Under the pieces are notes generated by a model. That model had not been told where the DNA came from. It saw nothing but the letters and a program-made list of their open reading frames with translations, and made no database searches. A stretch of DNA of 64,000 nt from an uncultured bacterium (GTDB taxonomy: Bacteria; Actinomycetota; Acidimicrobiia; Spongiisociales; UBA5794): contig CAWDDT010000005.1 in the NCBI GenBank assembly GCA_963801165.1, positions 224,001 to 288,000 on the forward strand, read 5' to 3'. The position numbers and the translations under genes are program-made. This document shows, piece after piece, positions 48,372-57,172 of the stretch; the stretch's first letter is position 1; every line of letters starts with the position of its first letter.

Positions 48372-48968
48372 ATGATGCAAGCAGAGACCACACGAAGGGG
48401 CAGGCCCCGGGACCCGTCTGTAGACCAGGCGATTCTCGACGCGGCCCGTTCCGTGGTCGCAGCGAAGGGCTTCACAGGCGCCTCGATGGACGAGATCGCC
48501 CGGCGTGCCCATGTCGGCAAAGACACCCTGTACCGCCGCTGGAAGTCGAAGGAGGACCTGGTACTGCACCTGCTCACGGTCATGTCAGAGCAGAACGTCC
48601 CACCCCCAAAACTGGAGGATCCCCGCTACGGGCTCTTTCTGTTTCTTCAGGACATTCGTAAGGTGAACCTCGGCACCGACCTCGGCCCGATCATCGCCGG
48701 CATCGTCGGTGAGTGCGCCCGCAACGAGCGACTCGCCGAAGGGTTCCACAAGTATTGGAGGGAACGCCGCCGTCTGGCAGGCCTCGCCGTCCAGGAAATC
48801 GTTCCCTCGAACACGACCGACGAAGAGATCGAGGTAATCCTCGACCACATTCTCGGCCCGTTCTACTACCGCCTACTGCTCACGGGCGACCCGGTCGACG
48901 ATGAGTACCTCTGGGAGCTCATCGGGACGATCCCGTGGTCTCCAGAAGAGCAACTGAACCAGAACTGA
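48372..48968 (+). CDS. TetR/AcrR family regulator
   Basis: RRGRPRD, ASMDEIARRAHVGKDTLYRRWKSKEDL, GPFYYRLL. Confidence 0.93.
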   Translation: MMQAETTRRGRPRDPSVDQAILDAARSVVAAKGFTGASMDEIARRAHVGKDTLYRRWKSKEDLVLHLLTVMSEQNVPPPKLEDPRYGLFLFLQDIRKVNLGTDLGPIIAGIVGECARNERLAEGFHKYWRERRRLAGLAVQEIVPSNTTDEEIEVILDHILGPFYYRLLLTGDPVDDEYLWELIGTIPWSPEEQLNQN

Positions 48969-48993
48969 CATAGACAGAAAACTGAGGCCAGAA

Positions 48994-49407
48994 ATGAACA
49001 AAGAGCACACACTTACAGTCGTAGAACCAACGCTCGACGGCGACTCCGCCATCGACCTCGCCAAGGAGACCCGTGCCCGGGGCGGAGACACAACCATCGT
49101 GCTGCTGCTCGGTCGCGAGACAGTGGCCAACGTGGCGGCCTTCGCCAAGGCCGAGGACCTCGCCATAGCCGACGGACGGGAGATCTACTTCCAGCGTCTC
49201 ACCGAGACGTATGAGAACCTGTCCGGGGGCAAGGTCACCCTCGTCTTCGACGGCCCGACTGCCAACCGTTGGGTCTTCGATCAGGCCGCTCGCTCACACG
49301 CCACCTCCGTGGTGCTTCCGCAGCGTCTGGTCAATCGCCGCAACTGGAAAGCATCCGTATCCAAGTCACAGGTTCCGGTGCTGCTTGCTCCTCCCAAAGC
49401 CGCATAG
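48994..49407 (+). CDS. Universal-stress-protein-like hypothetical protein
   Basis: LTVVEP...SAIDLA N-terminus and SQVPVLLAP C-terminus resemble the USP fold. Follows tetR. Confidence 0.6.
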   Translation: MNKEHTLTVVEPTLDGDSAIDLAKETRARGGDTTIVLLLGRETVANVAAFAKAEDLAIADGREIYFQRLTETYENLSGGKVTLVFDGPTANRWVFDQAARSHATSVVLPQRLVNRRNWKASVSKSQVPVLLAPPKAA

Positions 49408-49449
49408 CACCGGATAGCTCGGCTCAATCCTCCTCCTGAGCCGTGAAAA

Positions 49450-49485
49450 GATGAAGCCGCCGGTTTCCCGCCTGGCGGCTTCATC
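49450..49485 (+). terminator. Terminator-like hairpin after the tetR-USP unit
   Basis: GATGAAGCCGCCGG-N8-CTGGCGGCTTCATC. Confidence 0.75.
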
Positions 49486-49589
49486 GCGTCCTGCCCGAGT
49501 GTCGATGTCGCGCTCCCCGCGACGATCCTATGATGCGGTCTGCGCCGCCGGCAGGTCCCGGTCGCCGCAGTTGGTCGAGCAAGGAGGCT

Positions 49590-49764
49590 GCGGTCAGTGA
49601 CCGCTGATAGTCCTAGATCCAAGGGTGCTGTCGCCCCCTGCCGCTCGGCCGTCTCGTCGATGGTGTGAGCTCCGCCGGGGTGACCACAGCACCCCGGACA
49701 CCGTGAAGGAGTTCACATGTCACGTGCATTGCACGCGTGCCTTTCTCGGGAGGTCGTGTCGTGA
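49590..49764 (+). promoter_or_regulatory. Structured mgtE leader with a 15-codon uORF
   Basis: 7-1-7 palindrome at 49590-49604, 72-nt hairpin at 49623-49694, AAGGAG-led uORF at 49717-49764 whose TGA overlaps the mgtE GTG. Confidence 0.55.
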
Positions 49765-51185
49765 CCGGGCCCAAGCTTCCCGGCCGCATGGTGCGGCGTG
49801 CGGTTCGCACGCCACGAGAGCTGGCCCGCTGGCTCCGGGCATTGGCACGCCGGGAACCACGTCAGGCTCAGGAGTACATCAGCACCCACGCCGGTGATTG
49901 GTCACTGGTCGCCGACGCGAGCCCGGCCGACGCAGCCGACATTCTGGAGGCGGTAGGGGAAGAAGCCGCCGGGGAGCTGATCGCCGATCTCGACCCTGAT
50001 CAGGCCGCCGACCTGTTCGAGGAGGTACGCGATCAGCTAGCTGCTGCGATCCTCGAGGAGCTCCCGGAGACCGGCGCCGTGCAGATCCTCGCGGAGATGG
50101 CTCCCGACGAGGCCGCCGACATCCTCGCGGCCCTCGACCCCGAGGTGAGCGACCGTCTTCTCGACGCCTCTGCCGATGAGTTCTCCGACGAGGTGCGTCG
50201 CCTGCTCGGGCACCACCCCGAATCGGCGGGTGGTCTGATGACCACCGACATTGCCTCGCTCCCCGTCGGGCTGAGCGTCGGCGAGGCGATGGAGCGGATC
50301 AGGCACCTTCGGGAGGAGTACGAGGACCTCTCCTACATCTACGTGGTCGACGACACCGAGCACCTGCTCGGGGTCGTTTCGTTTCGTGATCTCGTGTTCC
50401 GCCGACCTGGCGACAGTCTCGACCAGGCAATGGTGCAGCATCCGGTGGCGGTGGAGGCAGCCACCGACCGCGCCGTGGTCGCCGAACTCGTACAGCGGTA
50501 CCACCTGTTCGGGATTCCCGTCATCGACGACGAGGGCCGCTTGCTCGGTATGGTCACCACAGACGCCGTCCTCGAGGTGGTCCAGGAGGAAGCATCTGAG
50601 GACTTCGCCATTGCGGTGGGTACCACGGCCGAGGACTCGGTACATGCACCGGTGCGCCGCTCCATCCGGCACCGACTCCCCTGGATCGCATTCGACGTCG
50701 TCGTGTCGTCGAGCGTTGTCTTCGCCATCTCGCAGTTCAACGACATCCTCACCGCCTTCGTTGTCCTCGCTGCCCTCATGCCGCTGGTCGCCCGCATCGG
50801 CGGCGACGCCGGGGCGCAGACGCTTGCGGTGGTCATCCGGGGTCTGGCCACCGACGACATCCAGAAGGGCGATCGTCGGCGTGTGCTGGCGAGGGAGACG
50901 ACGATCGGGTTGGTGAATGGTTTCGTCGTTGGTGTCCTCGCCGGTTTGCTCGGTTACGGGCTGCAGTCCCTCCACGCCGGCCCTGATCCGCTTCGGGTGG
51001 CCGCCGCGGTCATGTTCGCCTCATGGACCAATATCGTGCTGGCGGGTCTAGCCGGGGCAGCCATCCCGCTCGGCCTGAAGCGGCTCGGTTTCGACCCCGC
51101 TCTCGGATCAAACCTGTTCCTCACCACCGCCACCGACCTGGTCGGCTTCGCCGGCTTCCTGGCGGTGGCGACCCTGCTCCTCTGA
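49761..51185 (+). CDS. mgtE: Magnesium transporter MgtE
   Basis: Acidic N domain, SAGGLMT, CBS pair, RLPW, GGDAGAQT, DPALGS, TATDLVG. GGAGG SD. Confidence 0.95.
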   Translation: MTGPKLPGRMVRRAVRTPRELARWLRALARREPRQAQEYISTHAGDWSLVADASPADAADILEAVGEEAAGELIADLDPDQAADLFEEVRDQLAAAILEELPETGAVQILAEMAPDEAADILAALDPEVSDRLLDASADEFSDEVRRLLGHHPESAGGLMTTDIASLPVGLSVGEAMERIRHLREEYEDLSYIYVVDDTEHLLGVVSFRDLVFRRPGDSLDQAMVQHPVAVEAATDRAVVAELVQRYHLFGIPVIDDEGRLLGMVTTDAVLEVVQEEASEDFAIAVGTTAEDSVHAPVRRSIRHRLPWIAFDVVVSSSVVFAISQFNDILTAFVVLAALMPLVARIGGDAGAQTLAVVIRGLATDDIQKGDRRRVLARETTIGLVNGFVVGVLAGLLGYGLQSLHAGPDPLRVAAAVMFASWTNIVLAGLAGAAIPLGLKRLGFDPALGSNLFLTTATDLVGFAGFLAVATLLL

Positions 51186-51257
51186 GGTAGCCCGATAGCC
51201 TGCGGCGCCGGTCCCACCGGTGTGGCATGATGCCTTGTCCTACCGGGAGGATTTGGC

Positions 51258-53588
51258 GTGAACGTGGTACGCAGCTTGATGAAAGCGCTCCTGGGGAAGC
51301 GGCTCCCCATCACGGAGGGGACCGTTCGAGTGCCAGGCATCACGGGGACCATTCGTATCGCTCGTGACGCACACGGCGTCGCCTACATCGACGCTGACAA
51401 CGACACAGATGCCTGGTTTGGCCACGGCTTCGTCCAGGGTCAGGACCGCGCCTTCCAGCTCGAATCGATCCTTCGTTTGGTGCGGGGCACGCTTTCCGAG
51501 CTGATCGGGCCGGACACCGTTCCGCTCGATCGTCTGTCACGTCGCATCGGCTTCCGGCGATCTGCGCTTGCCCAACTGGATGCGCTCGACGACGACATCC
51601 GCACCATGCTCGAGGCATTTGCGGCCGGTGTTACGCAGGGGGCAACGGTCGGCTCTTCAAAGGTTGCCCACGAGTTCACATTGCTGCGTAGCAAACCGAG
51701 CCGCTACGAGGTTGCCGACATCCTCGGTCTGATGAAGCTCATGCCCTTCCTGCTGGCATCGAACTGGGATGCCGAGCTGATGCGGTACAAGATGATCGCC
51801 GAGGACGGCGTGGAGGCGATGCTGGCGCTCGACCCCACCTACCCCGAGTGGCTGCCTGCAACGATCCCGGTGGGTAAGTCGGCGGGCCCCGCCATTGACC
51901 GGCTTTCCGCCGACCTCGAGTCGTTCACAGCGGTGACCGGGATGGGCGGCGGGTCGAACAACTGGGCGATAGCAGGGTCCCGCACTGCGTCGGGTCGTCC
52001 GATCGTGGCGAACGACCCCCACCTCGCCCCGTCTCATCCTTCTCATTGGCATCTCGCCCATGTGTCGACGCCGGATTGGCATCTTGCCGGAGCCGCCCTG
52101 GTCGGGGCACCGGCGTTCCCCGTCGGCTTCAACGGCAGATGCGCCTGGGGTGTCACCGCAGGGCTGATCGACAACACCGACCTGTTCCTCGAAGACATCG
52201 GCCCGGACGGCGCGAGCGTCCGCATCGGCGACGAGTTCGTTCGATGCACGGTGCACCGGGAGACGATCAATGTGAAGGGTGGCGAGCCCGTCGTCGAGGA
52301 GGTACTCGAGACACCACACGGCCCGATCATCAGCCCGGCGCTTGCCGAGAACGAGGCCGCCATCGCACTGCGTGCCACGTGGCTCGACCCGGTGCCCGGT
52401 CGCGGCATGCTCAGCCTGCAAACTGTCTCGACACCACAAGAGCTGAGCAACGCATACCGCCATTGGCCGAGCCTGCCGCTCAATATCGTTTCCGGCTACG
52501 ACAACGGGGATATCGCCTGGCAACTCGCAGGCGACACCCCGATCCGCAAGACCGGCAACGGCACCCTCCCTGTCGCCGGCTGGGATCCGGCCAATGGCTG
52601 GTCCGACGAACTCGTCGACATCACAGATCTGCCGCACGCCGTGAACCCTGAGACAGGCTACGTCGCGACGGCCAACAACAAGCCGCTTGCCGGGGACGGC
52701 GGCGCCTTCGTTGGTTACGACTTCATCGACGGCTACCGGGTGGCAAGGATCACCGAACAGCTTGCGGCACACGACAAATGGACCCTCGCCGACGTGGCTG
52801 CACTCCAGACCGATCGAACCACGATTCCCTGGCGAGAGATGCGCGACGTCGTCCTCGGTGTCACCACCGAAGACCCGGACGCGGCGATGGCGCAGGGGAT
52901 GCTCCGTGGGTGGGACGGGGTAGCTGGAATCGCTTCGATACCGGCAAGCGTGTACGAGCTATTCGTCGTCAACCTCGCCAAGCGGGTTGTTTATGCGAAG
53001 GCTCCGAAGACGGCAGAGTGGGCACTCGGGAAAGGGATGGATGCCCTGCATCCCGAGATGGGAGTCTTCACCCGCAGGACGGGTCATCTCTCCCGCCTCG
53101 TGCAGGAGCGTCCCGACGGTTGGTTCGACCAGGGATGGGATGCCGAGATTGCGAAGGCCCTCGCCGAGTCCGTCAAGCAGCTGATCGTGCTGCGAGGTCC
53201 GGACACGAAGCAATGGGGCTGGGGTGCAGTGCGGCCGCTGACCTTCAAACATCCGGTCGGCGAGAAGAAACCGATGGACAAGGTGTTCAACCTGGGTCCT
53301 TTCCCGTGGGGCGGCGACGCCAACACCGTCAGCCAGGCGGCCGTGTCGTTCCTGGACCCGACGGCCAACTCGGGATTCGTGGCATCAATGCGGATGTCGG
53401 TCGAGGTCGGACACTGGGACAGCAACCGGTTCGTGCTACCCGGCGGGCAATCGGGCAACCCGATGTCGCCGCACTATGCCGATCAGCTCGACCTCTACCG
53501 GACGGGTAAGTCGATTTCTATCGCCTGGTCACCCGAGCGGGTCGCGGCGGCGACGGTCGGCATGCTCGAGCTTCGACCCGGGACCTAG
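51258..53588 (+). CDS. Penicillin acylase family Ntn-hydrolase (S45)
   Basis: RDAHGVAYI, QDRAFQL, G-SNNW nucleophile, ANDPHL, TANN, PGGQSG..SPHYADQ. No obvious signal peptide. Confidence 0.93.
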   Translation: MNVVRSLMKALLGKRLPITEGTVRVPGITGTIRIARDAHGVAYIDADNDTDAWFGHGFVQGQDRAFQLESILRLVRGTLSELIGPDTVPLDRLSRRIGFRRSALAQLDALDDDIRTMLEAFAAGVTQGATVGSSKVAHEFTLLRSKPSRYEVADILGLMKLMPFLLASNWDAELMRYKMIAEDGVEAMLALDPTYPEWLPATIPVGKSAGPAIDRLSADLESFTAVTGMGGGSNNWAIAGSRTASGRPIVANDPHLAPSHPSHWHLAHVSTPDWHLAGAALVGAPAFPVGFNGRCAWGVTAGLIDNTDLFLEDIGPDGASVRIGDEFVRCTVHRETINVKGGEPVVEEVLETPHGPIISPALAENEAAIALRATWLDPVPGRGMLSLQTVSTPQELSNAYRHWPSLPLNIVSGYDNGDIAWQLAGDTPIRKTGNGTLPVAGWDPANGWSDELVDITDLPHAVNPETGYVATANNKPLAGDGGAFVGYDFIDGYRVARITEQLAAHDKWTLADVAALQTDRTTIPWREMRDVVLGVTTEDPDAAMAQGMLRGWDGVAGIASIPASVYELFVVNLAKRVVYAKAPKTAEWALGKGMDALHPEMGVFTRRTGHLSRLVQERPDGWFDQGWDAEIAKALAESVKQLIVLRGPDTKQWGWGAVRPLTFKHPVGEKKPMDKVFNLGPFPWGGDANTVSQAAVSFLDPTANSGFVASMRMSVEVGHWDSNRFVLPGGQSGNPMSPHYADQLDLYRTGKSISIAWSPERVAAATVGMLELRPGT

Positions 53589-53589
53589 G

Positions 53590-53659
53590 TCATGCTTCAT
53601 TGACGGGCACGACCGGCGGCAGGTCGAGCGCCTCCGCCCGGTACGCCAGCGTACGGCCG
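53590..53659 (-). repeat. Displaced duplicate of the 3' end of gene 54693-55025 (att-like direct repeat, copy 1)
   Basis: 65/70 identical to 54693-54762, with a 47-bp perfect core at 53606-53652. Encodes RTLAYRAEALDLPPVVPVNEA*. Confidence 0.9.
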
Positions 53660-53854
53660 GAAACTATTCGCTCGGTCCGACCACCCACGGTGGTGTCACG
53701 CAACCGACGGGAACGCAGAAGTGCATCGTTCAGGGGTACTTCCCCCTCTGAGCGGTAAGCGTCGCGATCGAGCGTTCCGTTCGCCCTCCCTCATCCGGTG
53801 CAGATCCACCTCCTGCCGCAGTTATCGAGAAGCCCCACGCGCCGTCATGTGGGA

Positions 53855-54466
53855 TCAAAGAGAGCGATCCGCCAAGAGATGAGCACCGACAAGCACAATC
53901 CAGGTGAGGTACACGAAGAGAAGCCCCCGCTGCACGAGTCCGGTGTTGGCAGCATCTCTCTGGAAGGCCAGAGCCGTCCAGACGGTCATACCGACACCAG
54001 CTACCGCCGTTGCCAACGTGTACCAAGCCCAGAAGGCGTCCAGTTGAAGCGCCACAGCCAGGCACGCCCCAAGGGCTGCCAGGAAAAGGACCGGACCACT
54101 AACGTTGTGGATCCGAGCGCTCCAGGAAGGCTCGGCTCGAGGTTCGATGGGTGCTCCAGGCGGATATCCGCGTACTGGGTCGGGGGCAAATACGCCTGAG
54201 ACGAACAGCCCAAAACCAAAGATCGCCAGCAGCCCAGCTCCGATGAGAGTGTCCAGAGCTTGATATATCGCGGCAGCAAAGGCGAACATCCCTAGTCCCA
54301 CGACAAAGAAGTTGGCTCGCTGCACCCAACCTCGCTCACCAAGCTCCAACTCGCTCCCGGTGTGGTAAACGGGGTTATACCCAACTCGGATCGCACCTTC
54401 GATGAGCACTACGGCGAGGAACAATACAGCCGTTGCCATCCCGACAATGAGTAGGACATCTAGCAT
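53855..54466 (-). CDS. DUF998 family membrane protein
   Basis: GYNPVYHTGSELELG..GWVQRANF, FAPDP..GYPPG, IHN, GLVQR. Visibly more A/T-rich than neighbours. Confidence 0.8.
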   Translation of the reverse strand: MLDVLLIVGMATAVLFLAVVLIEGAIRVGYNPVYHTGSELELGERGWVQRANFFVVGLGMFAFAAAIYQALDTLIGAGLLAIFGFGLFVSGVFAPDPVRGYPPGAPIEPRAEPSWSARIHNVSGPVLFLAALGACLAVALQLDAFWAWYTLATAVAGVGMTVWTALAFQRDAANTGLVQRGLLFVYLTWIVLVGAHLLADRSL

Positions 54467-54692
54467 GACCTAATCCTTCCTGCCCCGACCATAAATGAGT
54501 TGCCCGCACTCCCAGTCGGTCGCATCAACCGATGCGTAGCCCTCTTGCCCAGCGCCCGAATGAGCCGATGTCGCTCGGGTACTGAATCGGATCTTCCTCG
54601 CTCCAGAAGGGTGGTTCCGAGCACCAGGCGCCCCAGAACCAAACACCCGGCAGGTTGCCATCTCGTCGCCGCCAACCCTTGAAACCGCCCCT

Positions 54693-55025
54693 TCACACTT
54701 CATTGACCGGCACGACCGGCGGCAGGTCGAGCGCCTCCGCCCGGTACGCCAGCGTGCGGACGAAGTCGTACATGTCCCGGCCTTCCTCTGTAGCCAGCGT
54801 GCCTTCGTAGTTGTTCCTCTGATAGCTCGTGAGACCACCGGGGCGGAACCGCGTTATGTGCAGGTCTCGCTCGCCGCGCAACTCGGCGATGACCTGTGTG
54901 AGCACATCGGACAGGCTCTCTATCGCGCTCGCCGGAAAGTCATCGGAGGGCGACATCGCGCCGAGCGCCTCGTGCAACGCCAGCGCCCACTCGATCAGCT
55001 CTGTATCGGGTGGGATGGGCTCCAT
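54693..55025 (-). CDS. Hypothetical 110-aa protein
   Basis: AGGAGGA SD. Its 3' end is duplicated in frame at 53590-53659. Confidence 0.7.
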   Translation of the reverse strand: MEPIPPDTELIEWALALHEALGAMSPSDDFPASAIESLSDVLTQVIAELRGERDLHITRFRPGGLTSYQRNNYEGTLATEEGRDMYDFVRTLAYRAEALDLPPVVPVNEV

Positions 55026-55075
55026 CGCTTTCCTCCTGGACGCGCCCGGCCAATCATATCGAGTGAACCGCCACA

Positions 55076-55108
55076 TTGCACCCATATGTATGGGCCATAT
55101 GATATGGT
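55076..55108 (+). promoter_or_regulatory. vapBC promoter with tandem palindromic operators
   Basis: TTGCAC-N16-TATGAT overlapped by CCCATAT/GTATGGG (55081-55094) and CCATAT-G-ATATGG (55095-55107). Confidence 0.7.
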
Positions 55109-55115
55109 TCACTGT

Positions 55116-55358
55116 ATGAAGACGACCGTTGAGATCACCGATGAACTCCTCAGAGCGGCAAAGCACACCGCCGCCTTCCGCGGCACGACACTCCGGGACC
55201 TGATCGAGCGTGGCCTCCGCCACGAGCTCGACGAGGAGCGCGGAGGTTCGTTCACCCTCGTCGATGCTTCCTTCACGGGGTCGGGCACCCAGCAAGGAGT
55301 CGCAGAAGGCGACTGGACGACCATCCGGGAGCTGATTTACGAGGGCCGCGGCGGATGA
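55116..55358 (+). CDS. vapB: VapB-type RHH antitoxin (DUF2191-like)
   Basis: MKTTVEITDELLRAAK...TLRDLIERGLR. ATGA coupling to vapC. Confidence 0.88.
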   Translation: MKTTVEITDELLRAAKHTAAFRGTTLRDLIERGLRHELDEERGGSFTLVDASFTGSGTQQGVAEGDWTTIRELIYEGRGG

Positions 55359-55786
55359 TCGCCGTCGACACCAACATCCTTGTGTACGCACACCGGGGTG
55401 ATTCGGCCTATCACCAGCCGGCGCAGGAGACGATCCGAGACCTTGCCGAGGGAAGAAGATCGTGGGCAATCTCATGGCCGTCTATCCACGAGTTCCTGGC
55501 GGTGGTCACTCACCCCCGTATCTACGATCCGCCTACGCCTGCCGACATGGCCGTCGCCCAGGTGGAGGCATGGCTCGACTCGCCATCACTCGTCGTGATC
55601 GCTGAGGGGAATGACCACTGGGATCAGTTGAAGCCGATGATGACCACGGGCGCCACCGGACCACGAGTCCACGACGCGAGGATCGCTGCTCTGTGCAACG
55701 GGGCGGGGGTAACCGAACTGTGGTCGGCGGACCGCGACTTCACCCGATTCCCGATAAGGACCCGGAACCCGTTGATCGCCGGGTAG
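55355..55786 (+). CDS. vapC: VapC PIN-domain toxin
   Basis: MIAVDTNILVYAH, HEFLAVVTHPR, VHDARIAA, SADRDF. Confidence 0.93.
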   Translation: MIAVDTNILVYAHRGDSAYHQPAQETIRDLAEGRRSWAISWPSIHEFLAVVTHPRIYDPPTPADMAVAQVEAWLDSPSLVVIAEGNDHWDQLKPMMTTGATGPRVHDARIAALCNGAGVTELWSADRDFTRFPIRTRNPLIAG

Positions 55787-55818
55787 CGCGCCACCGACTG
55801 CCAGGTGAATGGCATTTC

Positions 55819-56196
55819 TCAGGGCTGCTCGGCCACCGACTGGAACGCCCGGCGAACACGCTCAACAACCTGATCGATGCTCAGCCCTAGCTGGTGTCCC
55901 CTGATTGCGAGCGTCTCGACGGCGCGGTCCAGGTCGGTGTCGTTGTGCTCGCCGACGTGCGGCTCCGAGACGAAACTCCCGTGTCTCCCCCGGGTCTCCA
56001 GAACGCCATCGCGCTCCAATTCCTGATACGCACGCGCCACAGTGCCGGGAGCGATGCCAAGGTCTCGGGCGAGCTGACGTATCGTTGGTAGCCGGGTGCC
56101 CACATCGAGCACTCCTGACACGGCCATTGCGGTGATCTGGCTCCGGATCTGCTCGAAGGCGGGGATCGGCGAATCCGCGTCGATCCGGATGATCAT
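55819..56196 (-). CDS. GntR family regulator, YtrA subfamily
   Basis: SPIPAFEQI, RLPTIRQLARDLGIAPGTVARAYQELE, GSFV. Short C-terminus. Confidence 0.92.
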   Translation of the reverse strand: MIIRIDADSPIPAFEQIRSQITAMAVSGVLDVGTRLPTIRQLARDLGIAPGTVARAYQELERDGVLETRGRHGSFVSEPHVGEHNDTDLDRAVETLAIRGHQLGLSIDQVVERVRRAFQSVAEQP

Positions 56197-57068
56197 GCTT
56201 CCCTCGCCCTCGGCACGATCCACTTGGTGTTGAGGCGCGGAAAGCCAAGCAGCATCCCCAAGCCGCCGAATAGAAGCAGGATGCCGAGCACACCGAAGAC
56301 CCAGGCAATCGGACTGTTCGTGGTCCTCGCCAGATCCCACGCCATCGCGGCAACCAGCCACATCGGACCGCCGTATCCCAGCCCGGCGAGGCCCTGGATC
56401 GACGCGCTGCGCATAGCGTCGTCTGCTTGTAGGTCATCGAGGTCGTCGAAGCTCTGGCGACGGCGTACGACAAACTCCTGAGCGATCCGCGTCGCAGCAA
56501 TGATGGAGAGCGCCGCCAGCGCTAGGCCTACGTACCAGATTGTGTCGTGACGTGTGGGGACGTGCTCGCCGGGAAGCCGAATGGTCCCGAGGGGAAGGAT
56601 GCTTCCGGCGCCGGCCATCAGAAGAGCGAGACCGGCGAGGATACAGTTGTCGATCCGCGTGAAGCCCGGCAGGTACTGACGCAGCTCTCGCGGCTCCACC
56701 GTCACCGAACCGCCGCTGGCGTGAGGACGGGTGACCTCAGCGAGAATGATGCCTGCGGCAAACCCAATCAGCCACCAGTAGGTGCCGAGATCGTCCATGC
56801 GATACGCGCTGCGCGTCACCCACATCCACACAAACGGGACGTTCCATCCAGCCAGGAATCCGATGGTGCGGATCCACCGGGTCCGCCTGAGATAGGCAGC
56901 AACACGGGGTCGGGTCTGTGCGCCTTTCCGTAGCCCGTGTCCGATCATCCACGAGTCGAGTGCCTTCTGGCTCGGATAAAGCACCGCACGGAGAATCCCG
57001 ACAACGGTGACCCCGCCGAAGAACATGAAGCTCACGATCAAGCTGTTGGTGTCATATCCATCTATCAT
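56193..57068 (-). CDS. Membrane protein translationally coupled to the YtrA-type regulator
   Basis: Multiple TM helices, PRELRQYLP, DDAMRSAS. ATGA overlap with gntR. Confidence 0.75.
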   Translation of the reverse strand: MIDGYDTNSLIVSFMFFGGVTVVGILRAVLYPSQKALDSWMIGHGLRKGAQTRPRVAAYLRRTRWIRTIGFLAGWNVPFVWMWVTRSAYRMDDLGTYWWLIGFAAGIILAEVTRPHASGGSVTVEPRELRQYLPGFTRIDNCILAGLALLMAGAGSILPLGTIRLPGEHVPTRHDTIWYVGLALAALSIIAATRIAQEFVVRRRQSFDDLDDLQADDAMRSASIQGLAGLGYGGPMWLVAAMAWDLARTTNSPIAWVFGVLGILLLFGGLGMLLGFPRLNTKWIVPRAREA

Positions 57069-57074
57069 GTCACT

Positions 57075-57102
57075 ATTGTATCAATGTATCGATACAATGC
57101 AA
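57075..57102 (-). promoter_or_regulatory. Leaderless promoter with YtrA-type operator
   Basis: Minus strand TTGCAT-N16-TACAAT, 6 nt before ATG 57068. Palindrome ATTGTATC-N8-GATACAAT at 57075-57098. Confidence 0.78.
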
Positions 57103-57118
57103 CAGAAATTTGTCCACC

Positions 57119-57163
57119 TCTGGCGTTGATTCTGGCCGTCTATGTGCGCGTATCAACGCCAGA
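57119..57163. repeat. Solo palindromic element (copy A of the DUF559-flanking repeat)
   Basis: TCTGGCGTTGAT-N21-ATCAACGCCAGA, with the same arms as 62123-62170 and 63109-63156. Confidence 0.88.
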
Positions 57164-57172
57164 ACTGAGCGG

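Noticed and set aside
49590-49760. M-box (ykoK) riboswitch before mgtE
   Set aside because: The conserved AGGTGAGGCT and GACGCCAATGGGT-like blocks are not present.
53660-54692. Integron cassette for the DUF998 gene
   Set aside because: No convincing RYYYAAC...GTTRRRY attC pair and no integrase. The boundaries are direct repeats of a gene end.
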